A stretch of DNA of 64,000 nt from Octopus sinensis (lineage: Eukaryota). A model generated the notes under the pieces. That model saw only the letters and a list, made by a program, of their open reading frames with translations. It was not told the origin of the DNA and ran no database searches. The stretch covers positions 111,290,001-111,354,000 of the forward strand of contig NC_043000.1 in NCBI RefSeq assembly GCF_006345805.1. The letters are read 5' to 3'. Shown one piece after another: positions 40,186 to 54,249 of this stretch. Position 1 is the stretch's first letter; each line of letters begins with the position of its first letter. A program made the translations under genes and the position numbers.

Positions 40186-41027
40186 TATTTAATTCTTATG
40201 CTTTCCTAAAAACTTGATTTCGAAACGTGCGTCCGTAGATAACTTAAAATTGTATGATAGATTGCCGTCAATTCATTCTCTCTTACCTGTTTGTGTCTGC
40301 CTTCCAATTGCTGTTTTTACTGAGATCTCCCTTTTTAGTAGAAGAAATAGCTATAACTCTTTGACTGCTATTTCTAAATTCGGTATGTGGTAAGGCAATT
40401 CGTTGCTAAACCCTTTATTGCTTAGTATTACTTAAATTTTCCTCGAATGAGGCTTTTACATGCCGAAGACTACTTGGTGTAATTGATAATTATTCCAAAT
40501 TAATTAATTTCACCCTTCATTATTACGGATAACCATATTTTATCTCAGTAGATGACCACAGCATCTTGTTTTGGCTACACGCGGGTGGGAAGGGGCTGGT
40601 GACACAATCTTTTCATTCACACATTGAATTTGGTGATACTAGTTGCGGATTCTAGCTCGCTCTGATACGGAGTTGAGTTGGTGCCTTCTAGTATCTCAAA
40701 ATTCAATATATAATCATTTTTGATTATAGTATTCTACGCTGAAGAGAAAAGAAGTTTTGGTAAGGTAGAATTATTTAATATTTAATTCTTATGCTTTCCT
40801 AAAAACTTGATTTCGAAACGTGCGTCCGTAGATAACTTAAAATTGTATGATAGATTGCCGTCAATTCATTCTCTCTTACCTGTTTGTGTCTGCCTTCCAA
40901 TTGCTGTTTTTACTGAGATCTCCCTTTTTAGTAGAAGAAATAGCTATAACTCTTTGACTGCTATTTCTAAATTCGGTATGTGGTAAGGCAATTCGTTGCT
41001 AAACCCTTTATTGCTTAGTATTACTTA
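40186..41027 (+). mobile_element. Hammerhead-bearing non-coding retroelement (retrozyme/pLTR-like), 593-bp unit x1.42
   Basis: Identical 249-bp direct repeats 40186-40434 and 40779-41027; no ORF; microsatellite flanks. Confidence 0.75.
40733..40832 (+). ncRNA. Type I hammerhead ribozyme (predicted)
   Basis: Stem I TCTACG/CGTAGA; core CTGAAGA (40739-45); stem II GAAA/TTTC extended by AAGTTTT/AAAACTT, AGG/CCT and AGAATTA/TAATTCT; GAAA (40815-18); stem III AC-GTGC-GT; GTC cleavage triplet ending at 40826. Confidence 0.8.
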
Positions 41028-41515
41028 TATATATATATGTATACATGCATGCAAATATGTAGGCAGATAGATAGATAGACAGACAGACAGATAGCTAAAT
41101 AGATATATATGTAGAAAATTTGCGTACAATAGAAATGTTGTAGGAATACAGATTCAATATTAAATACCAACAACCAATTTATTGAATTGCTATTTGGGTA
41201 ATATTTATTGTCTTGACATTTTGGGTGAAATACTCATTTTCAATATTATTAATTGAACAAAAGACTAATACATACCTATATGATTGACATTATGGGTCTG
41301 AACAGGCATATTAGGCTAACTGACATTTCAATTTTGTTCTATGTGCAACTGTGAACAGGAGCATTTTGCCCAAAATATCAGGATTAAAGGAATATATTAT
41401 GAAGCTGCATTGCCTTCTACTACACAGTGATATTTTATATTTTGTGCAGTGTGTCACACACACACACACACACACACATACACACATACACATACACACA
41501 TACACACACACACAT

Positions 41516-41554
<39 letters not shown>

Positions 41555-42718
41555 CATACAAGCACAAAGAAATCTATATATACATATAATGCATGAATGT
41601 ACCTGTTTGTCCAGGGTCAATGCTGGAGTTTAGCAATGACGATATATTCAATTATGGCTAACATACTGTCTTCAGACTTACAGGAAGCAAACTTGGACCA
41701 AATTAATCTCCCCTGTTAAGGAATTAAGAGTAAATTTAATAAAACGAAACACACATACACACACACAACATGTGCACAAAAATAGCCCTTTTCATGTAAA
41801 AACATTTCTAACCGTCTCTTTGATGATATCGTAATTGTTGCAACTTATTTGCATTGTTTGGTTTGTTATATTTCAATAATTTGTGGAGTTTTCTGCATTT
41901 TTTTCTCTTTTGCCCGAACAACGTTGAATGAATGGAGAAAACCAATCATTTTCAGGTGTTTGTAAACATGAAGAGTTTCCAACTGACATGAGTTATTGTT
42001 CTGTGGGCAAACCTTAGAAAAGACACTTAAAGCTGGCTGGATAATGTAAATAATTCTAAATACTATAAAGTATTTATATCCATTTTCCATTGATCAATAA
42101 CAAAAAAAAAAAACAATGATAGATTAAGCAACAAAAACTATGCGTTATTGATTTTAGACTGTTTGGTCAGGAAGATACGATATTTTTCTCTCTTACATTT
42201 ATTTGGGTTTTTTTTGTTTGTTTGCCTTTTTTTTTTTATAATTTTTACCCTTTTTATTACTTTTTTTATTTATTTATTTATTTATTTATTATTTCTTTTT
42301 TTCCAAAGAATCTTGTTTCAGATAGGATGGCTTCTTTCAACCTGATTTCTGACAGATTTGTATAAATTAGAATAAATAAATTGACTAGATCAAATCAGAA
42401 TCACAAACAGGTTTCATTTATGAGGATGAATATGATGATGATGATGATGATGATGATGACGACGATGACAATGATGATGATGACGTTGATGATGATGATG
42501 ATGATGATGATGATAATGATGGTGGTGGTGGTATTCAATGATAGTAATGATGAGGATGATGGTATCTGATGACAATGATGATCATTGTCCCATCATCATT
42601 GCTATCATCATCATCATTATCATCATCATCAGCAGCAGCATCTTCACATCATCTAGGTTATGAATACAAAAACTGCTGTTAGTATTCTGTTTACATACAA
42701 ACATACACACACACATAC

Positions 42719-42764
<46 letters not shown>

Positions 42765-42772
42765 ATATATAT

Positions 42773-42816
<44 letters not shown>

Positions 42817-42829
42817 AAACATATATATG

Positions 42830-42869
<40 letters not shown>

Positions 42870-43689
42870 TATATGTGTGTGTGTGTGTGTGTATATATGT
42901 ATGTATGTATAAACATCAAAAGAATTCAATATAAAAGCAAAAACAACTGACAGACTCAGCTGTTTTGGTTATTATTTCTGCAGATTTACCAGAAAAGAAA
43001 ATATTTAGAAGATTTACTGGAAAAGACAAATCCATACTGTGATTCCTAACTGCATTAACTTGGAATCACAACATGAAACATAAATTATTTGGTCCATTGA
43101 ATTTCTTTTCGGATTAAAATCAATTTTGATGTGGCTCCTTCTTATTGACCCCTTGGCATGGATCACATAAAATACATTATCAAAACAGGGGCAAAAATAG
43201 CAAAACCATTGGCTTCAAAATCCCTGTAAGCAGTTGTAACAAAATCACATTTTCTTATAAAAAAGTTTGGCAATGAGAAAAATAATTCTATAAAAAATAA
43301 CTAAATAAAAATAAAACATTTGGGTCTTTTTTTATATATATTGCCATGCAAACAATGCAAATGAAAAAAGGTGAAAAAGAATGGAGAAACATCAAATATT
43401 TGACCAAAACTGAAAACTGGAAATTCAAGACAAATCAAGTTCTTTTTTTTTCTTTTTGTTTAGCTTCATGGGTCAGAGATAAAAAAAAATGATATTCCAT
43501 CCTGTTCAAGAATTTCAGATGAAAGTAAATCAGTGAGTGTATTTATCAGTCATGGATGTCTTTGATGCTTGTCTAAATTCAATGGCAAGAATTGCTATTT
43601 TGACCCACCCCATCAACAAAGAGACCTCTAAGGACAAAGGATGTTTAACGATGCAGTTGTATTTTCGTCAAGATTGAGTCACTCAAGTG

Positions 43690-43900
43690 AATCAAAGCAT
43701 GTCTTCTGTTAAGTATCAGATTTGGTTACAATACGGCGCTCCTTCGTTTTTCCAAGTAATTTCATTTTATTGTTGGATCTATTTCCAGATATTTATATTC
43801 TTTACATTGACTACTAATATAGTATCTGGGAAAAGAAGATTCCAATGCCTTGTATTGTTGACAAAAAAAGATTTGGACAACTTCCATCCATAAAGGAAGT
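43690..43900 (-). mobile_element. Possible very old L2/CR1-type LINE 3' remnant
   Basis: [16 protein letters not shown] loosely resembles the SFF...T...WN.LP C-terminal motif; many stops. Confidence 0.25.
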
Positions 43901-44986
43901 CCTTTTATGCGATATATATATATATGTACAAACACACACACATATCACATATATATGTACATATATATGTACATATATATATACATATATATACATATAT
44001 ATAATATATATATATATATAATATATATATATAATATATATATATATATATACGTATATGCATATACATATGTACACACACACACACACATATAGATATA
44101 TGCATGTATATATACATATATATGTAGGTATGTACATATATGTATATATGCATATATTTATATATTATTTATATTATTATATTCATATACAAACCGACAT
44201 GCATATATAAAGATATATGTACATAAATATAAGTATTGATAATCTTTGCAGTTCCCAAAGAAGCAGGATTCCTGTTACAAGTTACCGAAAACTACTTCGT
44301 TATAACGACGGAACTGTTTCTTTGAGTACTAAGAATTTATAAGTAAACTCTAATGAGTCAACTAATGAAGCATGTCTATGCTCTAATTGGCATTGCAATA
44401 GTCATGCATATTGAGATTGGAAAAATACTGTTACAGAAAGACAGAAAACATGAAATGCTTGTCTAGCAGTTCTACCAACCAAAGCTTGTTTTCACTAGTG
44501 AGTTTTCTGAATGGTAAGGTTACTAAACAATGCTTTTATCTGTACAGCAGAATAGTGTTTCTACTTAGCAGGTTAGGTGTACGATCCCAGGTATACAACC
44601 TCAGGTATACAGCCTCAGGTATACAACCTCAGGTATTAAGTCATTTGCAATGATGACTACATTTGAGGTAAATCTATTGTGATTAATATGTTGAGATACC
44701 TATATAGATATACATATAGATAGATAGATATGTATATATAGATATATGATATGTATGTATATATATATATAATATACAGGGTATATATATTTGTTTTCTA
44801 CTTTCTATACTCTTTGAACAACATGGTTATGTTTCAGCTTTGGTTTGGTTGTGTAAGAATTCTGGAGAATTCTGCAACTACTATGATAATGGGCTGCACG
44901 TCATCCAGTTTGAGGACCCCTTGCACACATGTGTTATAAATCACACCATGGCTAATACATTAGGTCCACGGAGCCAAGAATTAATG

Positions 44987-45144
44987 TTAATCTGCAGTAA
45001 TGGTATTTATAAACAGTGATGACCAAGAAGCGCCTCCAGAAACAACCAGCTTGAGCAGAAGCATGGTGAACCCCCCAAAAATTGTTATCCCCCCACATGC
45101 GTATAATGGAAGGGTGTAGCTGCCAGTGATATCATGTAACCAGC
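44987..45144 (-). CDS. SLC16/MCT-family transporter, last coding exon (TM12, stop)
   Basis: Pyrimidine tract plus ttttcAG|GCTGG; (G)WLHDITGSYTLPLYACGG continues the GPP.GG.L.D.TG.Y motif; TAA at 44989-44987. The four exons join in frame to 453 aa. Confidence 0.9.
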
Positions 45145-45204
45145 CTGAAAATATAAAAGAAAAATGGAATTTAGTAACAAATACATACATATATGTATAT
45201 ATAT

Positions 45205-45420
45205 ATAGTTAATCCAAACATGAAAACACAAAGAGAAAACACAACGTGAGGACGTGGAACAAGTATAGTATTATTGGACGCTCAGGAAAGGAAAGAAAGA
45301 AGGAGGATTTAACGTTTCGATCGGAGCTCTTTGTCAGAAACATAAGAAAAGGAAACATCCAGGGAAGGGAAGATGGAGGAAAAAAAATTGCCAACGATAC
45401 ACACGTGGTCACATTTTGAA
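45205..45420 (-). mobile_element. Intronic Penelope-like repeat with a mutated hammerhead-like core
   Basis: Minus strand tttCTGACAAagagctccgatcGAAACGTTaaa at 45340-45308. Confidence 0.45.
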
Positions 45421-45638
45421 TGTAAATATATAATCACATACCTGCAGACACAGGTGCACATTTACATATAAACACACACAAACACATACACACACACACA
45501 CATCCTTACAAGTGCATTCTTGTACTCTTTTCTTTCAGCCATTGGACTGCAGCCATACAGTGGGTGGGTGGGTAGGGTGCTTAGCTCCACCACCACCACC
45601 ACCTTGTGGTGGAATTTAGTTGATTAAATCAAACACAA

Positions 45639-45860
45639 AGGCGGCGAGCTGACAGAACTGTTAGCACGCCGGGTGAAATGCATAGCCGTATTTTGTCTGC
45701 CGTTACATTCTGAGTTCAAATTCAGCTGAGGCCGACTTTGCCTTTCATTCTTTCGGGGTCAATAAATTGAGTACCAGTTACGCACTGGTGTTCGATATAA
45801 TTGACTTAATCCATTTGTCCCCTCTGCATTTAGCTTCTTGTGGGTAATAAAGAAATAGAT
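45639..45860 (+). mobile_element. tRNA-derived SINE (ggcggcgagctggcagaa...ctgagttcaaattc family)
   Basis: A/B-box-like head; other copies at ~14880-15040(-), 15570-15870(+), 22855-23050(-), 33570-33755(-), 33800-34015(-), 35235-35450(-). Confidence 0.7.
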
Positions 45861-46474
45861 TAAATCAACCACAGTATTTATTTGAAATTTGGTACCTATT
45901 CTCTCCGATTGTGTTTGCCAAACTGCTAACTTATGGGGGATGTAAACAAAAGAACACAGGTTGACAAGCGCAAACATACACATGTGTATGAAAGGTTTCT
46001 GCATGTTTTCTCACCCTGGAAACATGTGGGTCCAAAGTAAGCTTCTAAACAACACACACACACACATATTAATACACATATATATACATATAAGCATAAA
46101 TACATATGTGTGTGTGTGTATATATATGGGCATAGCAATATGCCATGCTTGAGAAGCCAAGAGAAATTGTAGTCGTGGCAGATACTGGTGTCACACAACT
46201 AGCACCCATGACAGTGGCACGTAAAAGCACCCATTATACTCTCAGAGTGGTTGGTGTTAGGAAGGGCATCCAGCCCTAGAAATCATGCCAAAACAGACTG
46301 GAGTCTCTAACTTACCAGTTTCAGCCAAACCATCCAACCCATGCCAGCATGGACAACAGATATTAAATAATGACGATGATGGTGATGGTGATGATGATGG
46401 TGACAACAATGATGACGCCAACGATGATGATAACGATGATGATGATGACAACAGATATTAAATGATGGTGATGG

Positions 46475-46505
<31 letters not shown>

Positions 46506-48032
46506 GACAATGATGATGATGATGACGATGATGATGACGACGACGACGACAATGATGATGACTGATGATGATGATGGTGTTGATGAAGATGATGACAACG
46601 ATGATGATGATGATGGTAGTAGGGGTGGTGATGATGATAATGACGATGACGATGATGATAATGGTGATGATGATGATGATGATGAAGACAATGATGATGA
46701 AGATGATGATGACGACAATGATGACGATTATGATGATGATGATACATTTGGGTTTGATGTGGTGCTAAAGAAAGAGCAATAACTCCTGAAATACGCATAT
46801 ATACCCATTTACCTATTTTCCTCGGTGCAGGTGTGGTGGGTGTGGTAAAAAGCTTGCTTCCCAGCTACAGGGTTCCAGGCTCAGGATCAGTCCCACTTGG
46901 CCAAGCCTCAGGCTAATCAAAGCTTTGTGAATGGATTTGGCAGATAGAAACTGAAAGAAGCCCATCATGTGTGTGTGTGTTTTTGTGTTTGTGTTTGTCC
47001 TCCACCACTGCTTAGCAACCAGTGTTGGTGTGTTTACATCCCTGTAACTTAACAGTTCAGCAAAAGAGGCTGATAAAATAATTACCAGGCTTAAAAAATG
47101 GAAGTAGCTAAAAATTCTTCACGGTTGTGCCCCCAGCATGGCCACAGTCCAGTGACTGAAACAAGTAACTGATAAAAGATACATGAAAATACATGTATAC
47201 ACATACACATGTCCATGCATATACAGTGGTTGATGCAGCCACATGGTTTACAACAGATACTGTATTCAAATCTCACAAGAGATGTTACAACTTTCTCCAT
47301 GTTCTTCTATAGTACACACACATACACACACATCAATTTACTTAATTACACTTACGCACTGGAGTTGACGTAATCGACTTAACCCATTTGTCTGTCCTTG
47401 TTTGTCCCTTCTGTGTTTAGCCCCTTGTGGGTAGTAAAGAAATAGGAATTAATTGACCCAATGTTATAAGAGAAGACACTTGTCAAAAGTGCAATGAAAT
47501 GAGTTTGAACTCAGAACCCTGCGGTCATGAAGTAAACTACACAATCATGCAGACATGCTTATACCTGTGTAATAAATACCTTCTCTGGTCTTCTTTCTTG
47601 TCTAGTAAACCCTTGACTAAACTTGAGGATTAAACACCAACAGTGACAGCTCTGATATGTTCTGATTACACCCACATCAACCACATCTGACCAACCAGAA
47701 ATTATTGGTCAGTGCAGGATAGCTTAGTCCTTTCCTGAGCCATAGCCCTCACATGGGCAGACCTTCACCTGGTTCCCATTTTATATAAATGCTCCCTCCT
47801 GGACAGGAACCCAGTCCACCATGGGGTTAACTTCCCAGTTATTGCTGAAACTCATTTTACAGTTGAGTAGACTGAAGCAACACGAAACAAAGTATTTTGT
47901 TCAAGAACACAATGCATTGCCCAGTCTAGGAACAGAAACCCTGATTTTATGACTGTGAGTGCAACCCCTAGGCTACATACCTTCACAGTGTATCATTTAT
48001 ATGTGTAGTTATGATATGCTGTATTTACTTAC

Positions 48033-48884
48033 CTCCAAATGGTGGCCCAAGGAAACATCCAATTCCATTGGCTAGCATTACGTATCCTGCAACAGTAGTC
48101 CAATCAGCTCTGACTTTCTCTATACTTGACGATTTATGGGAAACCAATTCTACAGCAATCACATACATAATGCCTAGGATTCCACCCAATGTCAGCCCAA
48201 ATATGATTGCAAGGAATATAAAAGTTTTATACCGATTTACATAAACAAATAATATTGCTGATAATCCATTAACCAGATGGAATATAGCATAGATGATGAC
48301 TTTGTCACAACATGAGACATTCCCAAGAATGCCACCAAATAAACTGCCAAATACATTACCTATACCAACGGCAGACATTATGGAACTAATTGTCTCTTTG
48401 TTATATCCAATTTCATCTTGAAGAAATTCAAGACCTTGGAAATACAAGATAATGGTACCGGCATTCCATAGTAATATATTGAGAAAATATACAGAAAATT
48501 TTATGTTTCCGAATAGTCGCAGACTTTTTGGTTGTTCATTTGTGGTGTGTGTGTCTGGGATGATGATTGTTTGCAGCTCTTTGTTCAATTCTGAAAAGTC
48601 CTTTTTCACAATTTCCAGGGGTTCTGGTGCAAATTTCTCCTCATAATTCGAAAGAGGACGGATCAAAAATGCCGGCATGCACATGTTGAGGAATATACCA
48701 GCGAGGATGAAGAGTGAGCCCTTCCATGTGAAAACATTGATGATGTATGTGTAAAGAAATGGAAACACCAGTTCTCCAAGACCGATGCCGATTGAGATCA
48801 TGCCTGTGGCCAGACTGCAATACTGCTTGAAGTAGAGACCAACAAGGATTGTGGACGGCAGGTAAGACATACAGAGACCAAAAC
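48033..48884 (-). CDS. SLC16/MCT-family transporter, coding exon 3 (TM4-TM11, including central loop)
   Basis: Acceptor tattttccAG|GTTTT and donor GGAG|GTAAGT; 852 bp, phase 1-1; GFGLCMSYLPS..YF...LATG, FTWKGSLFILAGIFLNMC, hydrophilic central loop, ending FLGPPFG(G). Confidence 0.93.
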
Positions 48885-49778
48885 CTGGAAAATAGAGGAT
48901 GAGAGGTTTTTAGTGGCAGGTGGGGAGAGAGGGGTGGGGGTCGTGGAGGTGGAGAAGGTTGAAATGTTTAGGGAAGAAGAAGAAAAGAAAGGGGACAAAA
49001 AGGCAAAATGGAAAGAGGAAAAGGCAGAGAATGAAGATGGAAGGAAAAGGGGACGGAGAAGTGAGGAATAGAAGAGAGAAAGAAAAGAAAAATGAAAAGA
49101 GGAAGAGAAATTAGTGGAAGAAATACTGCAGTGGAAGAAGGAAATGTTGAAGGAGAGAAAGAAAGGGAGTTAGCATTTGGAAGGAGATCTAGATTAAGAA
49201 GACTGCCCCAACAAGTCTCACTCAACTCATGCCAGCATGGAAAACAGGCACATAAAAATGATTGTTATGATTATGATGGTGGTGGTGGTGATGATGATGG
49301 TGATTGTGGTGGTTGTAGAGATGATGATGATGATGTGTATGGAGGTGTGTATGCATACTTGATTATTTTTTGACAAAAGACTGGCAACAACATACAAGGA
49401 GTGCATAAATAAATGTATGCATATTTTCAAACTGCAGAGAAGAATAAGTAAATTTAACATGTTTGTATGTCTATTGCGTAGGTTTACACACACACACACA
49501 CTCATTTATATCCATAAAAATGATGATGATATAGATTTACATCCACACACATCTGTATGTGTATATGTGTAATATATATGTCTCTATACATATTTATGTA
49601 TGTATATATATCTGTGTGTGTATGTATATATATACATATATATATATGTGTGTGTATGTTTGTATTTACATGTGTGTATATTTACATGTGTATATGAAGA
49701 TGTATATCTATATATATATATTTATATATACACACACATATATATAAATTCCTATAGAGTTGTGTGTGTAAATATGCT

Positions 49779-49820
<42 letters not shown>

Positions 49821-49950
49821 TACATATATATATGTGTGTGTGTATGTGTGTATGTATTATATTATTATATATGTATGTATATATATATATAATATATATA
49901 TATACTCACATATATATAACTTTCTATAGACTTGTATGTGTAAATATGTG

Positions 49951-50038
<88 letters not shown>

Positions 50039-50181
50039 TGTATGTATGTATGTGTGTGTGTGTGAAGCTATGATGACTATAAAGCTTTGCTTTCTTCTTT
50101 TTATTGGTGCAGCTGTCAACCAGTGCAGGATAACTTATTGGAATTGCAGCAACAACAACTAAATTCCCCCTCCTCCTTTGC

Positions 50182-50233
<52 letters not shown>

Positions 50234-52514
50234 CACCACCACCACCACCACCACTACTACTACTACTAAAACTACTACTACTACTACTAAAACTACTACT
50301 GCTGCTGATGCTCGTGCTACTGTTGCGAACAGTAATGATGAAGATGCTGATGATTATGATGCTGAAGATGATGGTGGTGGTGGTGATGGTGGTGGGGTGA
50401 TGATGACAGTGATGATGATAACGAGCCATTATTAATATAATGCTTCACATTACTACCATCACCACTACCATCATCACTGTCACCACCCCTCCCAACAGTC
50501 ACAACCATCATCAGCACCACCACCACTACCATCACCACCACCACCATTACCACTATCAGTTCCACCACTACCACTACCATCACAGTACCATCACCACCAC
50601 CTCCACCACCACCACCAATAATGCTGCCACCTTTCTTCTTCTATATTCCACTATCAAAGACTTTCTCCTCTTGTTTGACATTGAAAATGTTTATCAGAAT
50701 GATTAGCAGTTCTTTTATGGTGATTCTGAGAGGGAGATAAAGGATGCTGACAGCTTTATAGAATCTCCACAACCTATGGAATGTGATGAACAGAATCTAT
50801 TGAAAGGAGAGTTGATGCCACTAAAGAATATTTCAGAAACAAACTTATAGATTTCCAAGATGCTATGTTTTCAAAATCTCCAAGAACTAGCTAGAATAAT
50901 GGACAAGTTAAGTTGAAGAATTACATGTGAGTAATTCCTTGGTTCATTGAAGAATAATGAAGTACAAGATTTAATACATGGATGTAGAATATTCTTAAAT
51001 ATAAAGGTTCCAAATTTTAGTACTCAGGTGGATTATAGGGTGGATTATAAGAAACATGTAACTGGAAGTATCAATCTTTCAATTATAGTACATTATGTGT
51101 GTGTGTAATCTGAATAAGAAGACAAAGAGATACTTGAACGCATCTTTAAAGGTCAGTTACAATTGTTTCTGTACCAACTCTGCTTTCAACACCAGGTCAT
51201 ACAAAAGTTCCAAGTGAAAATTTATGTAACATTTGCAATTCTAAACATTGGAGTGGCACCTCTGCAGATCGGCATCAATGGTGAGTTCTTACATTGTGAT
51301 GGAATCCAACAGTGTAGATAGCTTAACTCTTAGGTTGAGGGCTGCAGTAGAAATATCCAATAGTTCTACTCTCCCAGGGCCTTTTACATCCATCCATCCA
51401 TATATATATATCAGCCGAAATTGCGAGGATGATCCAGTTTTTAGTCTGAAGATAAAATGCTTCGAATGACCCGTCCGTGTTTTTTTTGTATCATCTATCT
51501 GGATGTTTTGTTGTCCCCTTTTGTATCACCTAGTTTTCCGGATGTTTTGCATTCTTGTCCCATTTTGTATTTTATTTTATATATATATATAAATACACAC
51601 ACACATACATATATGTATACACACACACACACACATACATACATACATACACATATATACAATATGGGCACACACACATATACAGATATAATGGCAACTT
51701 AGCTGATTGACAAAGAATAAGGATTGATAAAATTAGTACAAAATAATAAATTTGCATGAAGATACAACCAAAGCATGAACTGCTTTGATGAATACAATGG
51801 CTATCATGAAACAATTATGAATTATTATGATCATATTTCTGTTTTTTTGTTTTTCTGCTTTTGTAAAAATGGCTGGTGAAATGATTCATATCAAAGTCAC
51901 CATTACAAATGAATCTTTAAAACATTAAAACAACAGGATGTTAAATCACCATGAGACATCCAACAGGAAGTGGTAACAAAAAGAACAGTTATATATATCC
52001 TTTTGTTGAAACTCCGACTTATATTGCGTACAGATGTTTGCACCGAGACAAGGCAACAACTCGGGTGGTTTTGCTTTCGTGTTTTTTGTTGTTATTGTTT
52101 CAATGACAGCCATGTTTAAAGTGTTAATTTTTATAAGATGTCTTCAGTTTGGCAGATACTTCTTTGTTTGTCATATTTGTTTCCTGTCTGCTGTAGAATC
52201 GATAAGTGCCCCACAATAGCAATGGCAAAACAACAATAGCAACGACGAATAAACAATGGTGTTGACCACTGTTCTATCAAGAGCTGCAGTCATTCATACT
52301 TAATTAAGTACCAGTTCATTTGATCTCCTCCTACCTATATAAGCAAAATATAGTTTGTAATGTATTATTCATAATTGGGGTTTACAAGTAAATTCAGGAC
52401 ATTGTGCTGGTTATAACACCACCAACAGCAACAACAGTGAAAGGAAGTAGAAGGGATAAAAATAAGACAAAACCAAAAATAATATAAAAATAAATAGCAA
52501 AATAATGGCCTCAC

Positions 52515-52658
52515 CTGTCAAGAATCCAAATGTTATGTAGAGCAATATTAATTTTTCACAAAATATTGCTCCAATCATACTGGCAGTGGAAAGAATGGCT
52601 CCAAGTATTGTCACAAGACCGGAATCAAATTTGGTAACCAAATAGCTAACAATAGGAC
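52515..52658 (-). CDS. SLC16/MCT-family transporter, coding exon 2 (TM3-TM4)
   Basis: Acceptor ttggcAG|GTCCT and donor ACAG|GTGAG; 144 bp, phase 1-1; (G)PIVSYLVTKFDSGLVTILGAILSTASMIGAIFCEKLILLYITFGFLT(G) matches the SLC16 TM3-4 pattern. Confidence 0.9.
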
Positions 52659-53399
52659 CTGCCAATGTTAATTCAGAACTATTTTAGGATAAAAATGAAA
52701 TCAGATAAAAGAATAAAACAAGAATTTCCTTTTTTTTTCTTTGATTGATTTTTGTTTATTTCATGCTTTATTTATTTTTTGTCTTTTATTATCTTTTTTT
52801 TACTAGTAAATATCTCGCTTTGACGGTGGGGTGGGGGATGCTGGAGTTTTATCTCTTTTCTCTTATTTTTTATTTGTTTCACTCATTTGACTGCGGCCAT
52901 GCTAGGGCACTGAGTAGAAGAATTTTTGTTGGATGAATTAAACCTCAGACTTAATTTTTTTAAAGCCTGGTTCTCATTCTATCAATCTTTTTTTTCCCAG
53001 ACTGCTATATTATGTGGACGTAAACAAACCAACACTGGTTATTAAGCAGTAGTATGGAGAAAACACAGACACACACGCACACACACACACAGACACACAC
53101 ACATACATATACAATGAGTTTCCTTCAGTTTCTCTCGACCAATTCCACTCGCCAGACTTTTATCATTCTGAGGCTATAGTAGAAGACACTTTCCAATGGT
53201 ATCACACAGTGGAACTGAACTCAGGATCACGTGGTTGATAAGCAAACTTCTTACCACACAGCCATGCCTGCAACTGAAGTAATTATCTTTGTTTTCAAAG
53301 CAATGATCCATTCATTCGGTGCCTCTTTCTCCATGCTAGCATGGCTTACATGGATGATCTTGCTGCTGCTAACCTTTACCTGTTTTCCAAATATACAGT

Positions 53400-54230
53400 G
53401 TTCTAAATGATTACTGTGGTGAATTGTGCCTCCACAGGAAACCTATTTGTAGTTGAATGTACTAGGTACAATATTGAACTATATCTTCAGATAGTATCTA
53501 CTAGCAACTAGATGTACCAAGCACAATAGTGAACTGCACATCATCATCATCATCATCATTTAACGTCTGTTTTCCATGCTGGCATGTGTTAGACAGTTTA
53601 GCAGGAGCTGGCAAGGCCAGGGGCCACACCAGGTGTTCTATAGTCTATTTAGGCTTGGTTTCTACAGCTGGATGCCCTTCCTAATGCCAACCACTTTACA
53701 GAGTGTAGTGGGTGCTTTTTATGTGGTACACTGCTTCTTATATGGTACCATCACCAGTGCTTTTTATATGGCAGCAGCACTGATGCATTTTACATGGCAC
53801 CTGGATTTTAGGATATCATTTCTGTTGTGATGTGGGGTCTGCTAGTTCCATTAGGTACTATAGTTAACTCTATCATTACACAGTAACTATTTACAGCAGC
53901 TATGTCTACTTAGTAGCGAGTACTATAATGAATTGTACCCTCACACAGTACCCAGGTGTACAAGGTACAATAATAAACCCGACCCCCATATGATACCTGT
54001 CAGGATCAATTTGATATATTGGGCATTATACTAGCTATATTTCCCTTTAGTACCTCTTAGTAACAAGAGGCATTGGGTACAATAGTGAATTGTAGCTCTG
54101 TATGGTACAGATTTACAGCAATTAGATGTAGTAAGTATTATAGTGAACTATACCTCACCATGGTACCTATTAGCAACAAGATGCATGGGTTACAATAAGA
54201 ATTATTATGCTTCCATCCAGTACCTGTTTG
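53400..54230. repeat. Degenerate ~60-bp minisatellite in SLC16 intron, interrupted by a SINE
   Basis: Recurrent ggtacaatagtgaattgtacc / tatttacagcagctagatgt words at 53410-53540 and 53850-54220. Confidence 0.55.
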
Positions 54231-54249
54231 CAGTTAGCTGAATTGATTA

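Noticed and set aside
51410-51490. CTGAAGA followed by ttcgaa in a repeat
   Set aside because: No GAAA core and no stem I/II pairing; not a hammerhead.
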